Source: Xylographa opegraphella
Taxonomy: Eukaryota
Length of the DNA: 64,000 nt
Assembly: GCA_022813865.1 (NCBI GenBank)
Contig: JALDZX010000015.1
Coordinates: 310,001-374,000, forward strand
Direction: 5' to 3'
Below are positions 1-12,490 of the stretch, piece by piece. The position numbers were made by a program, and so were the translations under genes. Below the pieces are notes generated by a model. The model did not search any database. It saw nothing but the letters and a program-made list of their open reading frames with translations, and was not told where the DNA came from. The first letter of the stretch is position 1. The number at the start of each line of letters is the position of its first letter.

Positions 1-725
1 GATCTTAGGTGGACTCGAACCAAGCCGTGCTTTCGGTGATGCCATCTACAAGTGGAGCAGGGAGACGGCATTGCGTATGAAGTCGGACTTCTTCGGTAGA
101 ACTCCGTCGCCGTACCTCACCACACCACCATACGTGACTGCGGAACCCGTGGTTACCACTACCCAAGTGGAGCCCAACAAGGGAGACTTCCTAGTGATGG
201 CAACCGACGGGCTATGGGAATGCTTGACTAACGAAGAAGTAATTGGATTGGTCGGCCAGTGGATGGATACTCAATCACATGACGCCCATGGCGGATCAAT
301 CAAGGGCTGGTTCAGTCACACCAATAACTTATTGCCCGTGGAAAAGACTAGTTTAAATGGGAAGAAAGGAGATGGTCAGCGGGCGCCGATACGACAGGAT
401 CAGTGGCACGTTGGCGGCGGTGACGAACGCTTTGTTGTGGAGGACAAAAACGTGGCTACGCATCTTATCAGAAACGCGTTGGGAGGAAAGGATAGGGACA
501 TGGTCTGTGCGCTACTGGCTCTTCCAAGCCCGTATGCACGACGCTACAGGTAAGCCCGGCTCTTTATTTGGTGGACACTTCCATTCTTCACTGGTCTAAT
601 GATCATGTAGGGACGATCTCACGGTCGAGGTTATCTTCTTCGGCGAAGGTGACAAGAGCGGAAGCGTGGTCCCAATAGCTGAAGCTCACGCCTCTTCGAG
701 GGCGGATATCAAGGCAAAATTATGA
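1..725 (+). CDS. PTC5: PP2C-family pyruvate dehydrogenase phosphatase, 3' part (5' truncated by window); intron ~550-610
   Basis: Frame from base 2 reads ILGGLEPSRAFGD...PPYVTAEP...FLVMATDGLWE...NVATHLIRNALGG. After a GTAAGC..TAG intron it reads DDLTVEVIFF...DIKAKL*. These are PP2C metal-binding motifs. Confidence 0.9.
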
Positions 726-1492
726 ATATAGACATTGGAAGTGTTGGAAGCCATGTTTCATGATTCTTCGTGCTGCATTTTTTTTGATACCCCTTGCTAT
801 TAAGAAAGCTTAGCATTGGAGCGTACATTGCATTGGAGTATTCATACAAGGTCTAGACTAGGATTGAAACCAATTACGGCTTGCGGACGTCTATTCGCAC
901 TCGCTACTTCTGTCATCTGGTTGAATTGGGCCTCGGTGTCCATGCTTGACGCCGGTACTTGTGATAGCTCAATCTCGTAAGTGGCCTCTCTCCTTGCCAG
1001 CTTCAATGTTCGTCGGGCCTCTTGCCTTTATGCACACGACATGTCCTCTGGTCTGGATATACTCATGATAACCAATGCCGTGCCAGATGATGCTGTACAA
1101 GGAGTGTAAAGGCGCATTGTGCTTCCTTCGATGCGCCCTAGGTGTGCCTTGTAACTCATGCCCTCTCTTGACGCCTTTCCACTTCTAGTCTTCCTTTCTT
1201 TTAAGCCTCTATTCTTCGGGCCTTCTTCTCTTTCGATTCCATCAGCTTGTCGAAGATCTTAGTTTCCCTTGAGCATTGCTCTGTTGAAATGCAATCTTAC
1301 GTCGAAGAAGAATCAATCAGCTGGATATGGGCAGTCACTCTGAGAGCGTGCTTGCCAGACCATGGTTCAGTAGACTTGTGATATAACTACTCAGCTTGAT
1401 TTGCAGTCATCTGTAGTCGGCTTATCACTATTTCGACGAAACTTCTGCGCAAGGCCAAGCTATTTATTGATTCCACATGGTTCAGCAGTCAT

Positions 1493-2536
1493 TCAGTTCC
1501 CTGCGGCTGGCTGCTTGGCACCAGGGGCCTGCACTACAGGCGGGATAGGCAGGAAAGATTCCAGTATCATAGTTTGACCCAGAATTGTCAGAGAGCTGGC
1601 CATCCAATAGATGAGCATGGCGCTCGGAAGATGCAGCGTCAGGGGACCTATCGCAAGTACCACAATCTTGGAGATGCGAGACCTTCGAATTTGCCACTTC
1701 GAAAGCACGCCGTATCTGCTCAAAGCTCTTCGGTCCTGCTGCACGATCGTGGCCAAGAAACAAGCCGAAAGTGCAAATGGCAGAATTAGTATAGGATCTG
1801 GCACAAGAAGGTCCGGAAACCAGAGACCGCCTTCAAAAGCCATTGACGGCTCTATATATGTAGAGATGACATCCTCCTTCACTGGAGAAAGTGCCGCTGT
1901 AGCTTCGTCTGCTTTGGGTTGTTCGAATGACTTTGCAATCAGACCCAGCAAGCCCTCTTGAGTTCCGCACATTCGCCTGATCGTTTCCATAAAAACAAGC
2001 CATACAGGAAAATTGATCAAGGGAGCGAACAATGTCCAGCGTCTGATTCCAAGCCTCCGGTAAGTCTCCGATCGCTTGTGTTTGAGCTCCTTCTTGAGCT
2101 CCTTCTCCTGATCCGCCCAACTTCGTTTTCCGTGTCCTTGTGCATCACGGCGTGCGAGCTGGTGGGCCCAGGCCGACAGCAATGGTTGAAGAGCAACTTG
2201 ACGCCTTACAGTCTGGTGACTGTAGATATTGAGTGGGGTAATGAGACAGAGGCGTACCAGAAAAGCGGTCAATGGTAGCGCGAGAACCCAGGGTAAACTT
2301 GTGAAACTATGGATGCTGGTGAAGACATTGTGAGCTTGGGACATACAAATGTCGAGGACTTCGGACTGTCTGGATGGGGAGGCATGGAATCGTCGAACGG
2401 ATACGACTGGCCTAGTTATATCGTTGACGCTGTAGTTGCGATTGAGGCAATTGCTGGAGGTGATTGAGGTAAGTGGTTTTGGAAGTGGTATAAAGGAACT
2501 TCTAGATATAATCGTGTTCCTCCAGACTATTGACAT
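1493..2536 (-). CDS. COX18: Mitochondrial inner-membrane insertase Cox18/Oxa2 (YidC/Oxa1 family)
   Basis: 347-aa ORF with an Arg/Ser-rich presequence, 'LPWVLALPLTAFLVR', 'GGLWFPDLLVPDP' and 'PSAMLIYW'; lacks the long Oxa1 C-terminal tail. Confidence 0.85.
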   Translation of the reverse strand: MSIVWRNTIISRSSFIPLPKPLTSITSSNCLNRNYSVNDITRPVVSVRRFHASPSRQSEVLDICMSQAHNVFTSIHSFTSLPWVLALPLTAFLVRLCLITPLNIYSHQTVRRQVALQPLLSAWAHQLARRDAQGHGKRSWADQEKELKKELKHKRSETYRRLGIRRWTLFAPLINFPVWLVFMETIRRMCGTQEGLLGLIAKSFEQPKADEATAALSPVKEDVISTYIEPSMAFEGGLWFPDLLVPDPILILPFALSACFLATIVQQDRRALSRYGVLSKWQIRRSRISKIVVLAIGPLTLHLPSAMLIYWMASSLTILGQTMILESFLPIPPVVQAPGAKQPAAGN

Positions 2537-2804
2537 CTCATGTGATCTGATATGGCCAATGGGACGTACAATGGTTGGAGTTTTACTCTAACGCTCTACT
2601 TTTCGAGGCGCCGCTAAACCCCGGCTCGCCCGGCAAGCTAAATTAAAGTTGAAGTTTCAGCCACTTTGTTCTCGTGTGCATAAGTTAGCTGTGGCTGACC
2701 ACTTTGCCATTGACTTCTAGTCTTTTAAAGGACGCGATTTATCAGCCTGTAGTTCTTGTGTCATTATCAGGAATCTGCTACAGTGTGAGAGTTGCTCATA
2801 AGAT

Positions 2805-4544
2805 ATGTTTGGTGATGAGTTTTTCTTGGATTCTTCATATGTCATAGCAATAGTTTCCGCTCTAGGTACTATTCTTTTGACATGGTCAATTTTCTCTCCC
2901 TTGCGAGGATGGAACCTGATGCGGAAAAGGAGAGACGTGGGCAGTGAGTATGATAGATATATTGGTTTCTTCCATCCTTTCTGGTATGATTCGGTTGGGC
3001 CTAAATCAGGTGTGCGCACGCTTACTCTGTAATAGCAATGCGGCAGGAGGTGGTGAACGGGTACTGTGGGCGGCAATCAAAGCTACACAGGAACGATATC
3101 CCAAAGCCGCTTGTATAGTATACACAGGTGACGTCGATGTGCCAGATAGTGAGACCAAGATTCTTAAGACAGCAGAGTATGTCAGCTCTACGGATGCAGC
3201 AAATGCTATGAAGCGAGATGTAATCCTCGAGAAAGTCGAGGTCAGGAAACTTCTTTGACTTCACGCATTTGTGATCAGAGCCGTCTAATTCTCCCGAAGC
3301 AAAATTTCAACATACGCTTACATCACTCGAGCATCCACTTCAAGTTTCTCTCGACACGAGACTGGCTTTTGGCATCCCGCTATCCTTATTTCACCCTTCT
3401 CGGTCAGAGCCTTGGATCACTACGGGTGGCTTACGACGCGCTGTCTCAATTTGTTCCAAATGTGTTCATTGATACCATGGGTTATTCGTTCGTTACTGCT
3501 TTTGCGCGATTTGTTTTTCCAAGCATGCCTATTGGCGCTTATGTCCATTACCCTACCATCTCTACGGACATGCTTGGCTCTCTCGATGTCGATTCGGCTG
3601 AAGGGCTTAATGCGGGGACAGGCAAAGGTTTCAGAGGCTACGTCAAACGAATTTATTGGCACCTGTTTGCGCACTTGTATGGGTGGACAGGCGGTAACAT
3701 TGATGTGGTAATGACAAACTCTTCGTGGACCAAGGGGCACATCCAGTCACTCTGGGGTCCTAGTCGATCAAAAGCTGGAAAGAACTGGGAAGTCGAAGTT
3801 GTTTTTCCTCCAGTGTCAGTAGAAGAGATTGAGAGAGCCGTGGATGTTAGTGAAGCCAGTGAACACAGAAGAGAGGGGGGCATTCTCTATATTGCGCAGT
3901 TCCGGCCAGAAAAAAATCACGAGCTGGTCATAAATGCTTTCGCGGAATTCCTTAACATCTCGAAAGATATAAGCAAGAGAAGTTCTCCTAAGAAAAAGCT
4001 AGTCCTGCTAGGTAGCTTAAGAGACGATAACAAGCAAGACGTCAGACGAGTCGCCCAACTTCGTCGACTGATTCAGAAATTGGAAATAGACGATAGCGTA
4101 GAGTTCGCCCTCAATGCGCCATGGACGCAAATGCTGGATTGGCTTGGAAAAAGCAGTATCGGGGTGAATGGAATGTGGAACGAGCATTTCGGAATAGGGG
4201 TAGTGGAGTATCAAGCGGCAGGATTGGTATGCGTTGTCAACAATAGTGGAGGACCTAAGCAGGACATTGTTGTGGACATGGATGGAGGCCCCACGGGTAT
4301 GTAACGGAACGGAATGGGGGCGGAAAGTCACTGATAATGATTGCTAGGATTCCATGCAAGTACAGCTTCAGAGTATGCTGAAGCATTTTCCAAAGCGCTT
4401 TCCCTGTCACCGAAAGAAGCATTAGCAATGCGGCGCCGTGCCCGCTTATCAGCCAAGAGGTTCTCGGAGGAGAGATTTGCATCACGATGGAAGGCACAGC
4501 TTGATACCCTGATTCACCTCCAGAATAAGACTCTAGGTCACTAG
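2805..4544 (+). CDS. ALG11: GDP-Man:Man3GlcNAc2-PP-Dol alpha-1,2-mannosyltransferase; introns ~2984-3035, 3241-3299, ~4297-4348
   Basis: N-terminal TM, spliced [64 protein letters not shown]. Confidence 0.95.
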
Positions 4545-5132
4545 TTCGACGACCAGAGCTCAAATGGCCTTCCGACGGCATATACTGGCCATATGCTAGC
4601 TTATGATTTATGGAGCACTCGGACCTTTACCATCAATGGTTGTCAACCATATCTTCTGCAATCTTGTGAAAAGGAAGGAGTTTGCCCAGGGCAAGACGAG
4701 GATTGTTTGAAAGAGGTCGCCTGATTGTACACTAAAAGCAAGGGCCAAAGATGGATGTATCAAATAGTGTGACAACTAATTCTCATAGGTGAATCTGTGA
4801 AGCAAGCAAAGGAATATTACTCTTGAATTTCCCTCATCCATATTAGTACCCGCCATGGTAACCCGACGTATAAAATATATGGCGATTTTCGTGTGGTCCT
4901 GACCAACAATTCAGAGTCAGGACGCTATGTACTCAGTTAAACTGCAGAACGGTAGTAGGTTCGATAATTGAGATGAGCATAAAGCTTAGCATGCCAAGGT
5001 TTCGCGGATGGCTTACTACTTTAGTGTATTTTAAGCTAGCCCCAGGGAGGCTGTCAGGACGTCATTGGTCATATCTCGGGAGCCTGCAGACTGCTGAAAA
5101 CAGCTGCCCAGAACACCACAGCTTCGTATATC

Positions 5133-7966
5133 ATGGCTTCGTGAGTGGGACTTCGCTCTCGAACTATTAAAGCATTTGCTAATGAATTCTATAGCAATAT
5201 TCTTCCCATACCTTTCCGACGAACGCACGCAGTATCGTTGTCTGACGCGCTGAAGCAGTACATATCGAATAAATATGATCAGCATCCAGATATGTTCAAG
5301 CATGATCTGGAGGCAATAGATGCATTGCGTGTAGATGCCGTTACGTCACTTGAAGCACATACCAGTGGCATAAGGAAACTAGCAACTTATGCTGCTCAGC
5401 TAGTGTGGATAGGGGGAAAGTTCCCTATAGATGTGAGATGCGCAATTCCTAGTACTAAAAGCATTAAACTATCTCTTTCACGCCCCAGAGATACTGACAA
5501 CAAATGGTGATTTATAGATCGGCGTAGAATTTACCTGGTATCCGGCACTGGGTTTCAACACGCAAAGTCCCGGTAAGCAAGTTTGTTCAGCCATCAGTGG
5601 GGCATGCTGATCGTGCTAGAATCCCAAAATAATATTCGATTCGAGCTTGCGAATATCCTCTTCAACTTAGCTGCGCTGTATTCCCAACTTGCCGTCGCAC
5701 TGAATCGAACCACGCCTGATGGTTTGAAGGCTGCTAACAACTATTTCTGTCAATCCGCCGGCGTTCTTGGTTATCTGCGGTCAGAAATCATCCCAGACCT
5801 TCGCTCTACGCCGCCTGAAGATATGGATATAGTGACATTGGAATGTCTCGAGCAATTGATGTTGGCTCAGGCACAAGAATGTTCTTGGTCCATGGCAATC
5901 AAGAAAGCATACAAAGACGCTCTGATTGCGAAACTCGCCGCCAAGGTGTCCGACTTCTACGATCAAGCTGCCGATTTCGGAACAAGATCCGACATCATCA
6001 GTACTGAATGGATTCATCATATGACGGCAAAACACCACCACTTTGCAGCCGCAGCGCAGTATAGGGCTGCGTGGGATTGCTTGGAAAAGCACAAATATGG
6101 GGAGGAAGTTGCGAGACTTAGAGACAGTCTTGCCTGCGCAAATGAAGGGTTGAAGGAAGGGAGGTGGATCAACAAAGCTGTGCTAGGCGACCTAAATCAA
6201 TTAAAAATGAAAGTATCAGAGGACTTGAGAACGGCGGAGAAAGACAATGACATCATATATCTCAATTCTATACCTACAAAATCTGAATTGAAGACTTTGG
6301 ATCGAGCGGGTATGGCTATCGCTAGAAAACCCACAGAGATATCTGATCCGTTAACATTACTTGGTGATCGAGGAGCTTTCGGTCAGCCGCTGTTTGCCAA
6401 ACTTGTTCCATATTCAGTACACGTTGCGGCTAGTATATATGCCGAACGGAAAGACCGCCTAGTCAATAATACAATCATTGATGAATTGGAGGCACTCACA
6501 AACAATATGCGAGAGTAATCATCGCCCAATCTCCGTCTAGATGATAGAGCTAATGGCGATCAGGTTATTGCAGTCTTTCAATCTCCCAGGCAGTCTCCAG
6601 GCTCTTGAGAAACCACTGGGGCTGCCGTTATCTTTAACATCTCATGCTGAGGAGATCCGTCAGCAACAAGGAATTCATAGAATTCGCCGAGCAATGCACG
6701 ACGTCGAGACTCTAAAGGCAAACGATATAGCTATGTATCAGGATGGTGTGGAGCTGTTACGTAGCGAGGCGTCAGATGACGAGAAGGCAAAGATGAAGCA
6801 CGGTACTGAAAGATGGACGCGGCCATCATCTCACCAAGCGGGAGCGAAACTATATCAGCAACAAGCAATGATAGGGGAGCAGTATCTCAAGCCGGCCAAT
6901 GATAATGATGAATCTGTGAAATCGAAGTTCAAGGAATGTGAGCCATTCTTGAGAATTCTGGATGGTACAGACCGCGATCTCGAAGAATATGTACCAAGCA
7001 GCCGGACAGCGGTAATGCAACCGAAGGTGGAGCGAGAAGCGAGCAACCTGAGAAACGTGCTGAACGACATCCATCGAATGGAGAGTAGAAGACGACGCAA
7101 AGCTGAGGCTCTCCGAACGAAGGCAAAATCTGATGATATCAGTAGGTCGTCGGAGCTCTCTACGTGAGATTCTGCATGCTGACTCTAGTCAAGACCCCGT
7201 ACTTTTGGCAGAAACAGCTCGCCTCGAACGAGAATATCCTATGCAAAAGATTGAGGCGGCCCACTTCGAGGAATTTTTTGAGAAGAGGCTGCATCGATAC
7301 GACGATGATCTGATCATGGTATCCGACGAGCAAGAAGAACAGGAGCACCTTTCGGCCCAGCTTAAGGAAGCAAACTCAGCATTTGTAGCTGCAAGGCGCG
7401 GTGATTCCTCTACGAAGGAGCGTGAACAAGCACTGCAAAGACTCGAGAATACGTACTTAAAATATAAAGAGATTATCTCCAATCTCGACCAGGGTAGAAA
7501 GTTCTACAACGAGCTGTCGCAAATTGTTACGCAGTTTCGAGATGAATGCAGAGCGTTCAGGTATCAAAGGCGGGTTGAAGCTGATCAAATCGAAACGTAC
7601 GTATAGTGTTCGGTTTCTTTCGCATGAGTAGTGCTAATTTTCTCAAGGGATCTTTCTAACGCTATATCATCCCTGAATATTGCTCAAAGTAACCACTTGC
7701 AGGAACAAAAACAGCGAGAAAGCCTTCGCGCTCAGTACAGCGCGAAGGCTCCTATCAAGGACCCTATGACAGCTCCTGTTCCAACAAGGGCTCCCGTCCC
7801 TCCGCCACCGACACCTGGTATGTGGACCCCAGAGCTGGGCATCAAGTTCGGTGGTGTTGCACCGCCACCAACTCAGAACACGCATAACCCAGCGTATCCG
7901 AACACTCGGACTGGTCAGATGCGCGCTGGACAATGGGATGCCAATCAAGGCGTGCGCTTTAGCTGA
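5133..7966 (+). CDS. palA: pH-response regulator PalA/Rim20 (BRO1 + ALIX V domain), multi-exon
   Basis: ATGGCTTC|GTGAGT micro-exon, then NILPIPFRRT, FELANILFNLAALYSQLA, LMLAQAQEC, KYGEEVARL, AEKDNDIIY, NLDQGRKFYNEL and a Pro-rich tail GMWTPELGIKFG. Confidence 0.93.
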
Positions 7967-8419
7967 ATGGAAATAATTCACTTTTCTACTTTATTTGCAT
8001 AGTTTAGCGGAGATTTTCTTGCGATGATACCCACCAATTCCATGACATGAGCGGTTCAAGTTGCCTTCATTGCGAAACCCAATTTACATGACGCAGGCGA
8101 AGCACGAGACTGAAGGTTGCTTTTTTTTCTGTCGTGCTTGCCATGCGTGCCCCGTCGTCGACTAGGTTTCGAGGTATTACATTGGTGGTGCCTTGCTATC
8201 GCGCTTCCGTCCCTCCCCTTTACGGAATCGACTGATCTTCGAGCAACTACCCACCCGAGGCAACCGTCCTCTTGACATTCTTCTCCGTCGACAGAGTATC
8301 CGCCGACTATCCTTCGATCAGCATACCATCTTCCACGCTATTTACATCTCATCCTCTCATTTCTCCCGCTATATCCCTTATACCACATCTCCTTTCTCTA
8401 CACGTATTCCCCCCGCACC

Positions 8420-9262
8420 ATGCATCCCGCCATCCAACGGCACCATCACCACCCCGCCCTCGACCACATCCTCGACACGCTGGATGCCTTCCCACCGGGA
8501 TACCCCACGCTGTCGCCTTCCACGATTCCAACCTCCTCCACGCAGCCGGCCGCGATATCGGGAACACATCACAAACCCCTTACACCGGAAGCTGCAAAAT
8601 GCGTTCCACACGCCCGCTCAACTCCGCGCAGTCGGCCACAACCGTCTTCTACAATCCCCTCGCGCGGAGCGGCGTATGCTTCATCCACAAGCCGTCTGAG
8701 CGACAAGAAGCTGCATCTCAACGCCTCGCGCGCGCATGCCCTCCCCTTCGGGCCTAATGCCCGCTACACCGCGCTAGCCGCTGAATATCCCCCTCTCTGG
8801 CCCCAGGAGCGCTCCACGACGCCGAGCCAGTCGCGTCCGTCCGCCCCAGCGGTTTCCAGCGCCGATGACAATGACGCTCACCCTCCCTGCGGCCGACAGA
8901 AAAGCCCCAACGCAGCCAAGCCAGCTCCGTCAACGATAGCTCCCGCCTTCATCGCCGCCAGGCCCCCGTCGACCGAGTCAGCGGCTGCGGACCCGAGCCG
9001 GCGCTGTGACTCCCCCGCCGGGGGGAGTGACCTGTTGCCTACGGAGCTGGCCCCGCTGTTCGAAGCGCTGGGCTACCTCGCGGTCGGGGATGGGGAGGGG
9101 GAGGAACTCATGCCGGAGCTGTGGGCGACGGTGCGCTTTGCGCGAAGGCAGAGCTGGGGCTTGGAGGAGCGGGAGTTGTGGCGCTGGGCGCTGGGGGAGG
9201 AGGAGTGGGTGCGGTGGGGGGGGATGCTGGGGGAGGATGGGGGTGATTCACTTGTTTGTTGA
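8420..9262 (+). CDS. Hypothetical protein; low-complexity N-terminus, Trp/Glu-rich C-terminus
   Basis: 280-aa ORF whose 3' part has GC3-rich, coding-like codon usage; no family recognised. Confidence 0.35.
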   Translation: MHPAIQRHHHHPALDHILDTLDAFPPGYPTLSPSTIPTSSTQPAAISGTHHKPLTPEAAKCVPHARSTPRSRPQPSSTIPSRGAAYASSTSRLSDKKLHLNASRAHALPFGPNARYTALAAEYPPLWPQERSTTPSQSRPSAPAVSSADDNDAHPPCGRQKSPNAAKPAPSTIAPAFIAARPPSTESAAADPSRRCDSPAGGSDLLPTELAPLFEALGYLAVGDGEGEELMPELWATVRFARRQSWGLEERELWRWALGEEEWVRWGGMLGEDGGDSLVC

Positions 9263-10162
9263 GGGTCGACGTGGTCGAGACGCTGGTCCGATGGGTTTTG
9301 GTTGTGGAATTAGTTGTTCCGTATAGGTATTTGTTTTTCTGATGGGTGATTGGTTAGGCAGTGGGTATATAAGTAGGCTGGGCGGGCCTGGCGTCTTTTC
9401 ATCGTTCTGACTTCATCGTTCTGCTTGCTTGGTAACTTCTTACTCTTCGCTTGAGACGACTGAACTCAGCAATATTATGGAAGGGGACATCGTCCAATCT
9501 ATATATCACTCCAAGGAGCCGCCGTATCGAGTCCTGTAAGGATATAAGAGATGTCTCAGGTTATACATGACGCATTGCGACCATGCTGAGCCCTCCCCAA
9601 CACTCGCGCTTTTCCTCGTCTTCATTATCTACTCCTTGTTCTCGACAGCGGAGACGGACACATCGCCGACGACCCTATCAGTCGACGAACCATACTCCTC
9701 CAGGAAATCACACATCGGCATGGCAAGCACTGTGTTGGATGACAGCGAAGAGTAGACCGCAAGTGGTTCTCGAGACGTTTGCCAGCCTCCATCTGCAAGC
9801 GCTCGTCACCAAGCATCAAGGCCGACGGTCAGTGAACTCTTCGAGACGAGCAGGCGTTAGAGTTCTAGTATAGCTCGCGCTTATGGTTCTACTAGTAGAT
9901 ATAGGGCGGCAGGTACTGCTTCTGGTGATGTTGCTACTTGGGAAGAGATGACTGTCGTGTTCGAGTTCCGTTCCGTTGTAGGGAGGTTTGCGAGGGGTTG
10001 TAGGCTGCGGTCCCGATTATGCGGACATTTTTACGTGCTGGGTTGCTAGGATAGTGGCTGTGTAATCTGCAACGAGCTTCTGTAATAATGAATCCATCAT
10101 ATCAGATTGTGTCGATGTGCTCATCACACTGTAAAAGAGAGATCCTCACCTCGTGTCAAGTG

Positions 10163-11047
10163 TCAGTCGACGTAGAGCTTCTCTTCCAGGACGTAATTTG
10201 CCACGCTCTCTGTGCACAGCTCTTTCAACGAGTCCGCATCCCCGTCCTGCGCAGCCTTCCTCACTTTCGTCGAGCTGACGACTTTCTCTCCGGCTTTCTT
10301 TCCCTCGACCATCTCAATGGAATTTGCCCATTCCCGTTTGCCTCCCTCGTGCTCTCGTTTCCCGTCTCTAAGGTCCTTCAAGTAGGCATCCTGTTCTTCT
10401 CGATCACCCCACTCGTCGTCTCCCCGGTAGGTCACCCTTAGCCGGTTGTGCTCGAACATGTCTTGAAGAGGTGTCAGTGTGTGCGAAGGCGGATAGTATT
10501 TGGAGTTGAGAAGCCGAATGAATGTATCAAAGCCAATCAGATGGACCTGCTCGATCGGGGCTTCACCGGATTTGGAGGGATCTGGCTGATAGATTCCAGA
10601 AGCAGTAATGGCTTTACTCTTATCTATGAAGTAAGGATGTTTGGTGATCGCAATATCAACCGCTATACTGCCGGTGTTGACATTCTGTGTCGGTAACGAG
10701 CGTAACAAATCCTCGGCAAAAAGCGTCATCATGACTAACCGATGCTCAAAGGAAGCTGGCTTCGGCGCTTTGTCGGCATTTTGGATTGCAAGAAGCAGTA
10801 GAAGACGTTTGGAGGACGATTCGGAGTCTGTAGAACTCAGAGCCGACGTAGCAAGCCGTAAGTGGGCAATTGTAGGAGGGTTGAAGGACGAGTCAAGGAC
10901 ATAGAGTGTCTTGGCCCGTGGAGGTGTGGATGAGCTCGGGATTGTACGGAGGACTTGAAGAGAAGCAGACGAGGATGTGAAAGCATGTACAGCATCGCGG
11001 AAGTACGTAAGTAATGAAGACATTGCGTGTTTTGCTCGAGAAGCCAT
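10163..11047 (-). CDS. POF1: Nicotinamide-nucleotide adenylyltransferase-like cytidylyltransferase (Pof1 family)
   Basis: LYVLDSSFNPPTIAHL (HIGH-like), LLLLAIQNADK, PYFIDKS, LIGFDTFIRLLNSKYY, VSSTKVR. Confidence 0.85.
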   Translation of the reverse strand: MASRAKHAMSSLLTYFRDAVHAFTSSSASLQVLRTIPSSSTPPRAKTLYVLDSSFNPPTIAHLRLATSALSSTDSESSSKRLLLLLAIQNADKAPKPASFEHRLVMMTLFAEDLLRSLPTQNVNTGSIAVDIAITKHPYFIDKSKAITASGIYQPDPSKSGEAPIEQVHLIGFDTFIRLLNSKYYPPSHTLTPLQDMFEHNRLRVTYRGDDEWGDREEQDAYLKDLRDGKREHEGGKREWANSIEMVEGKKAGEKVVSSTKVRKAAQDGDADSLKELCTESVANYVLEEKLYVD

Positions 11048-11877
11048 GAGGAACTAGATACTTCAGGACACAATCGTCAGGACTAGAAGGATAAACCGTA
11101 TTTAACTCGTTGTCACTCGTCAAGTGACGTAATATACTGGGCTCTGGTATAATCATAGAATTCCATTTATGTTGAACACATGCTTGTGGTGCTCTGGACT
11201 TGAAAATACAAAGTGATTCGTATAAAGCAGTATCTGCGCATCAATGACGAAAGAAAGCTCAGAAATGGTGTTTGTTCTGTTTGGCAACAAACACTTCACG
11301 TCTTGCTCAACGCAGCGATATATTACATCTCGAGTTTAGCAAACTACTATTCTTTGAGATATCCTGAGCAGTTGTGGCATTGAAAACGGCGATGCGAAAA
11401 AGTGCTCAGCGTTCGTCCAATCCGGCTGTTGCTGAGCTTAGCGTACCTGAGTCTCAGTCATGTCAACATCTCGTCCCAAAAGGAGTATTATATGAAGGCG
11501 AGGTCTGGATAATCTGTCTAGAGTCTATGAAGCACCATGAATCTACACCAGAACAATCACCAAACCCAAGTTTGTAGGGGATCGGTTAATGTACCGTTCG
11601 ATCTTCGCAATTCGTACCTCTAATGTTTTGCACCATGATCCAATGGCATGTGTTTCTCATCGTTGATATTTTGAATTACGGATCCCATTTCATACAATGT
11701 ACTTGCAAAATCTATATGCACGGTTGATTGCAGAAAGTATGTCTGGAATGATAGTGTGCTCTGTTGGCCAGTTTGATAGTCTTGGCAGATGCAAGACATT
11801 TTCAACACACAAGTCGACGTTTCACTGAACATAATTTCATTCCACTATACAACAGACAACCGGATCATTAATGTTCC

Positions 11878-11916
11878 AGATATAGTACAAGGTATAGTAC
11901 AAGATATAGTACAGGA
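11878..11916. repeat. Three copies of a 12-bp unit (A/G variants of GATATAGTACAA)
   Basis: agatatagtaca-aggtatagtaca-agatatagtaca seen directly, in the 3' flank of the 11961-12490 gene. Confidence 0.8.
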
Positions 11917-11960
11917 CCAAACACTCCAACACCGACGCTCAAAAAGCACATTCATATCAC

Positions 11961-12490
11961 TCATACACGGTCGTGGCCTGTAGCACAGGGATCAGTAAAG
12001 CACCAAACCAGAAGTTCCATACCATGAGTGAACACTTACGACCCAGAGGCTTCGCTCTCTTCGAGATCGAATGAGCCTGGTTCTGCTTAATCTTCGCCAA
12101 GCGGGCCCTACATATCAAAGATAACAATGGTCAGCCACCCAGTGCGCACATGAGCCTCAGCCTCCAAAGGACCACTCACTCCTCAGCAGCCTCCCGCTCC
12201 AGCACCTTGACCTGCTCGCGGGCGTTCTTCACGGCCGCTCGGGCCTGGAAGCGCGCCTGGTCGGCATCCCGTTCGGCAGCCTCGGCACCAGCAACACGCT
12301 GGCGGGCGGCGGTGATGGAAGGGTCCTCGCTGCGGTGGAAGAAGCGCGAACCACCGGAGCGGGGACTGGTGGGGACTTGCTCGGGGGTGGAGGAGCGCTT
12401 GCCGAAGAGGCCTCGGGAGGAAGAGGTCGTCGTTGTGGTTTGAGGAGGGGTGCGGGTGGTCTCGGCGGAGTGGCGGCTGAATAGGGGCAT
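11961..12490 (-). CDS. Small fungal protein with basic N-terminus and coiled-coil C-terminus, 3 exons
   Basis: MPLFSRHS...EDPSITAARQRVAGAEAAERDADQA...LEREAAEE | ARLAKIKQNQAHSISKRAKPLG | RHDRV*, joined by GT-AG introns. Confidence 0.7.

Noticed and set aside
4857..4870. 14-mer GGTAACCCGACGTA repeated at 15496-15509, both intergenic
   Set aside because: Several exact 14-mer repeats are expected by chance in 64 kb, and the match does not extend.
4993..4998. PacC site GCCAAG upstream of palA (possible feedback)
   Set aside because: A single degenerate hexamer occurs roughly once per kb; not evidence by itself.
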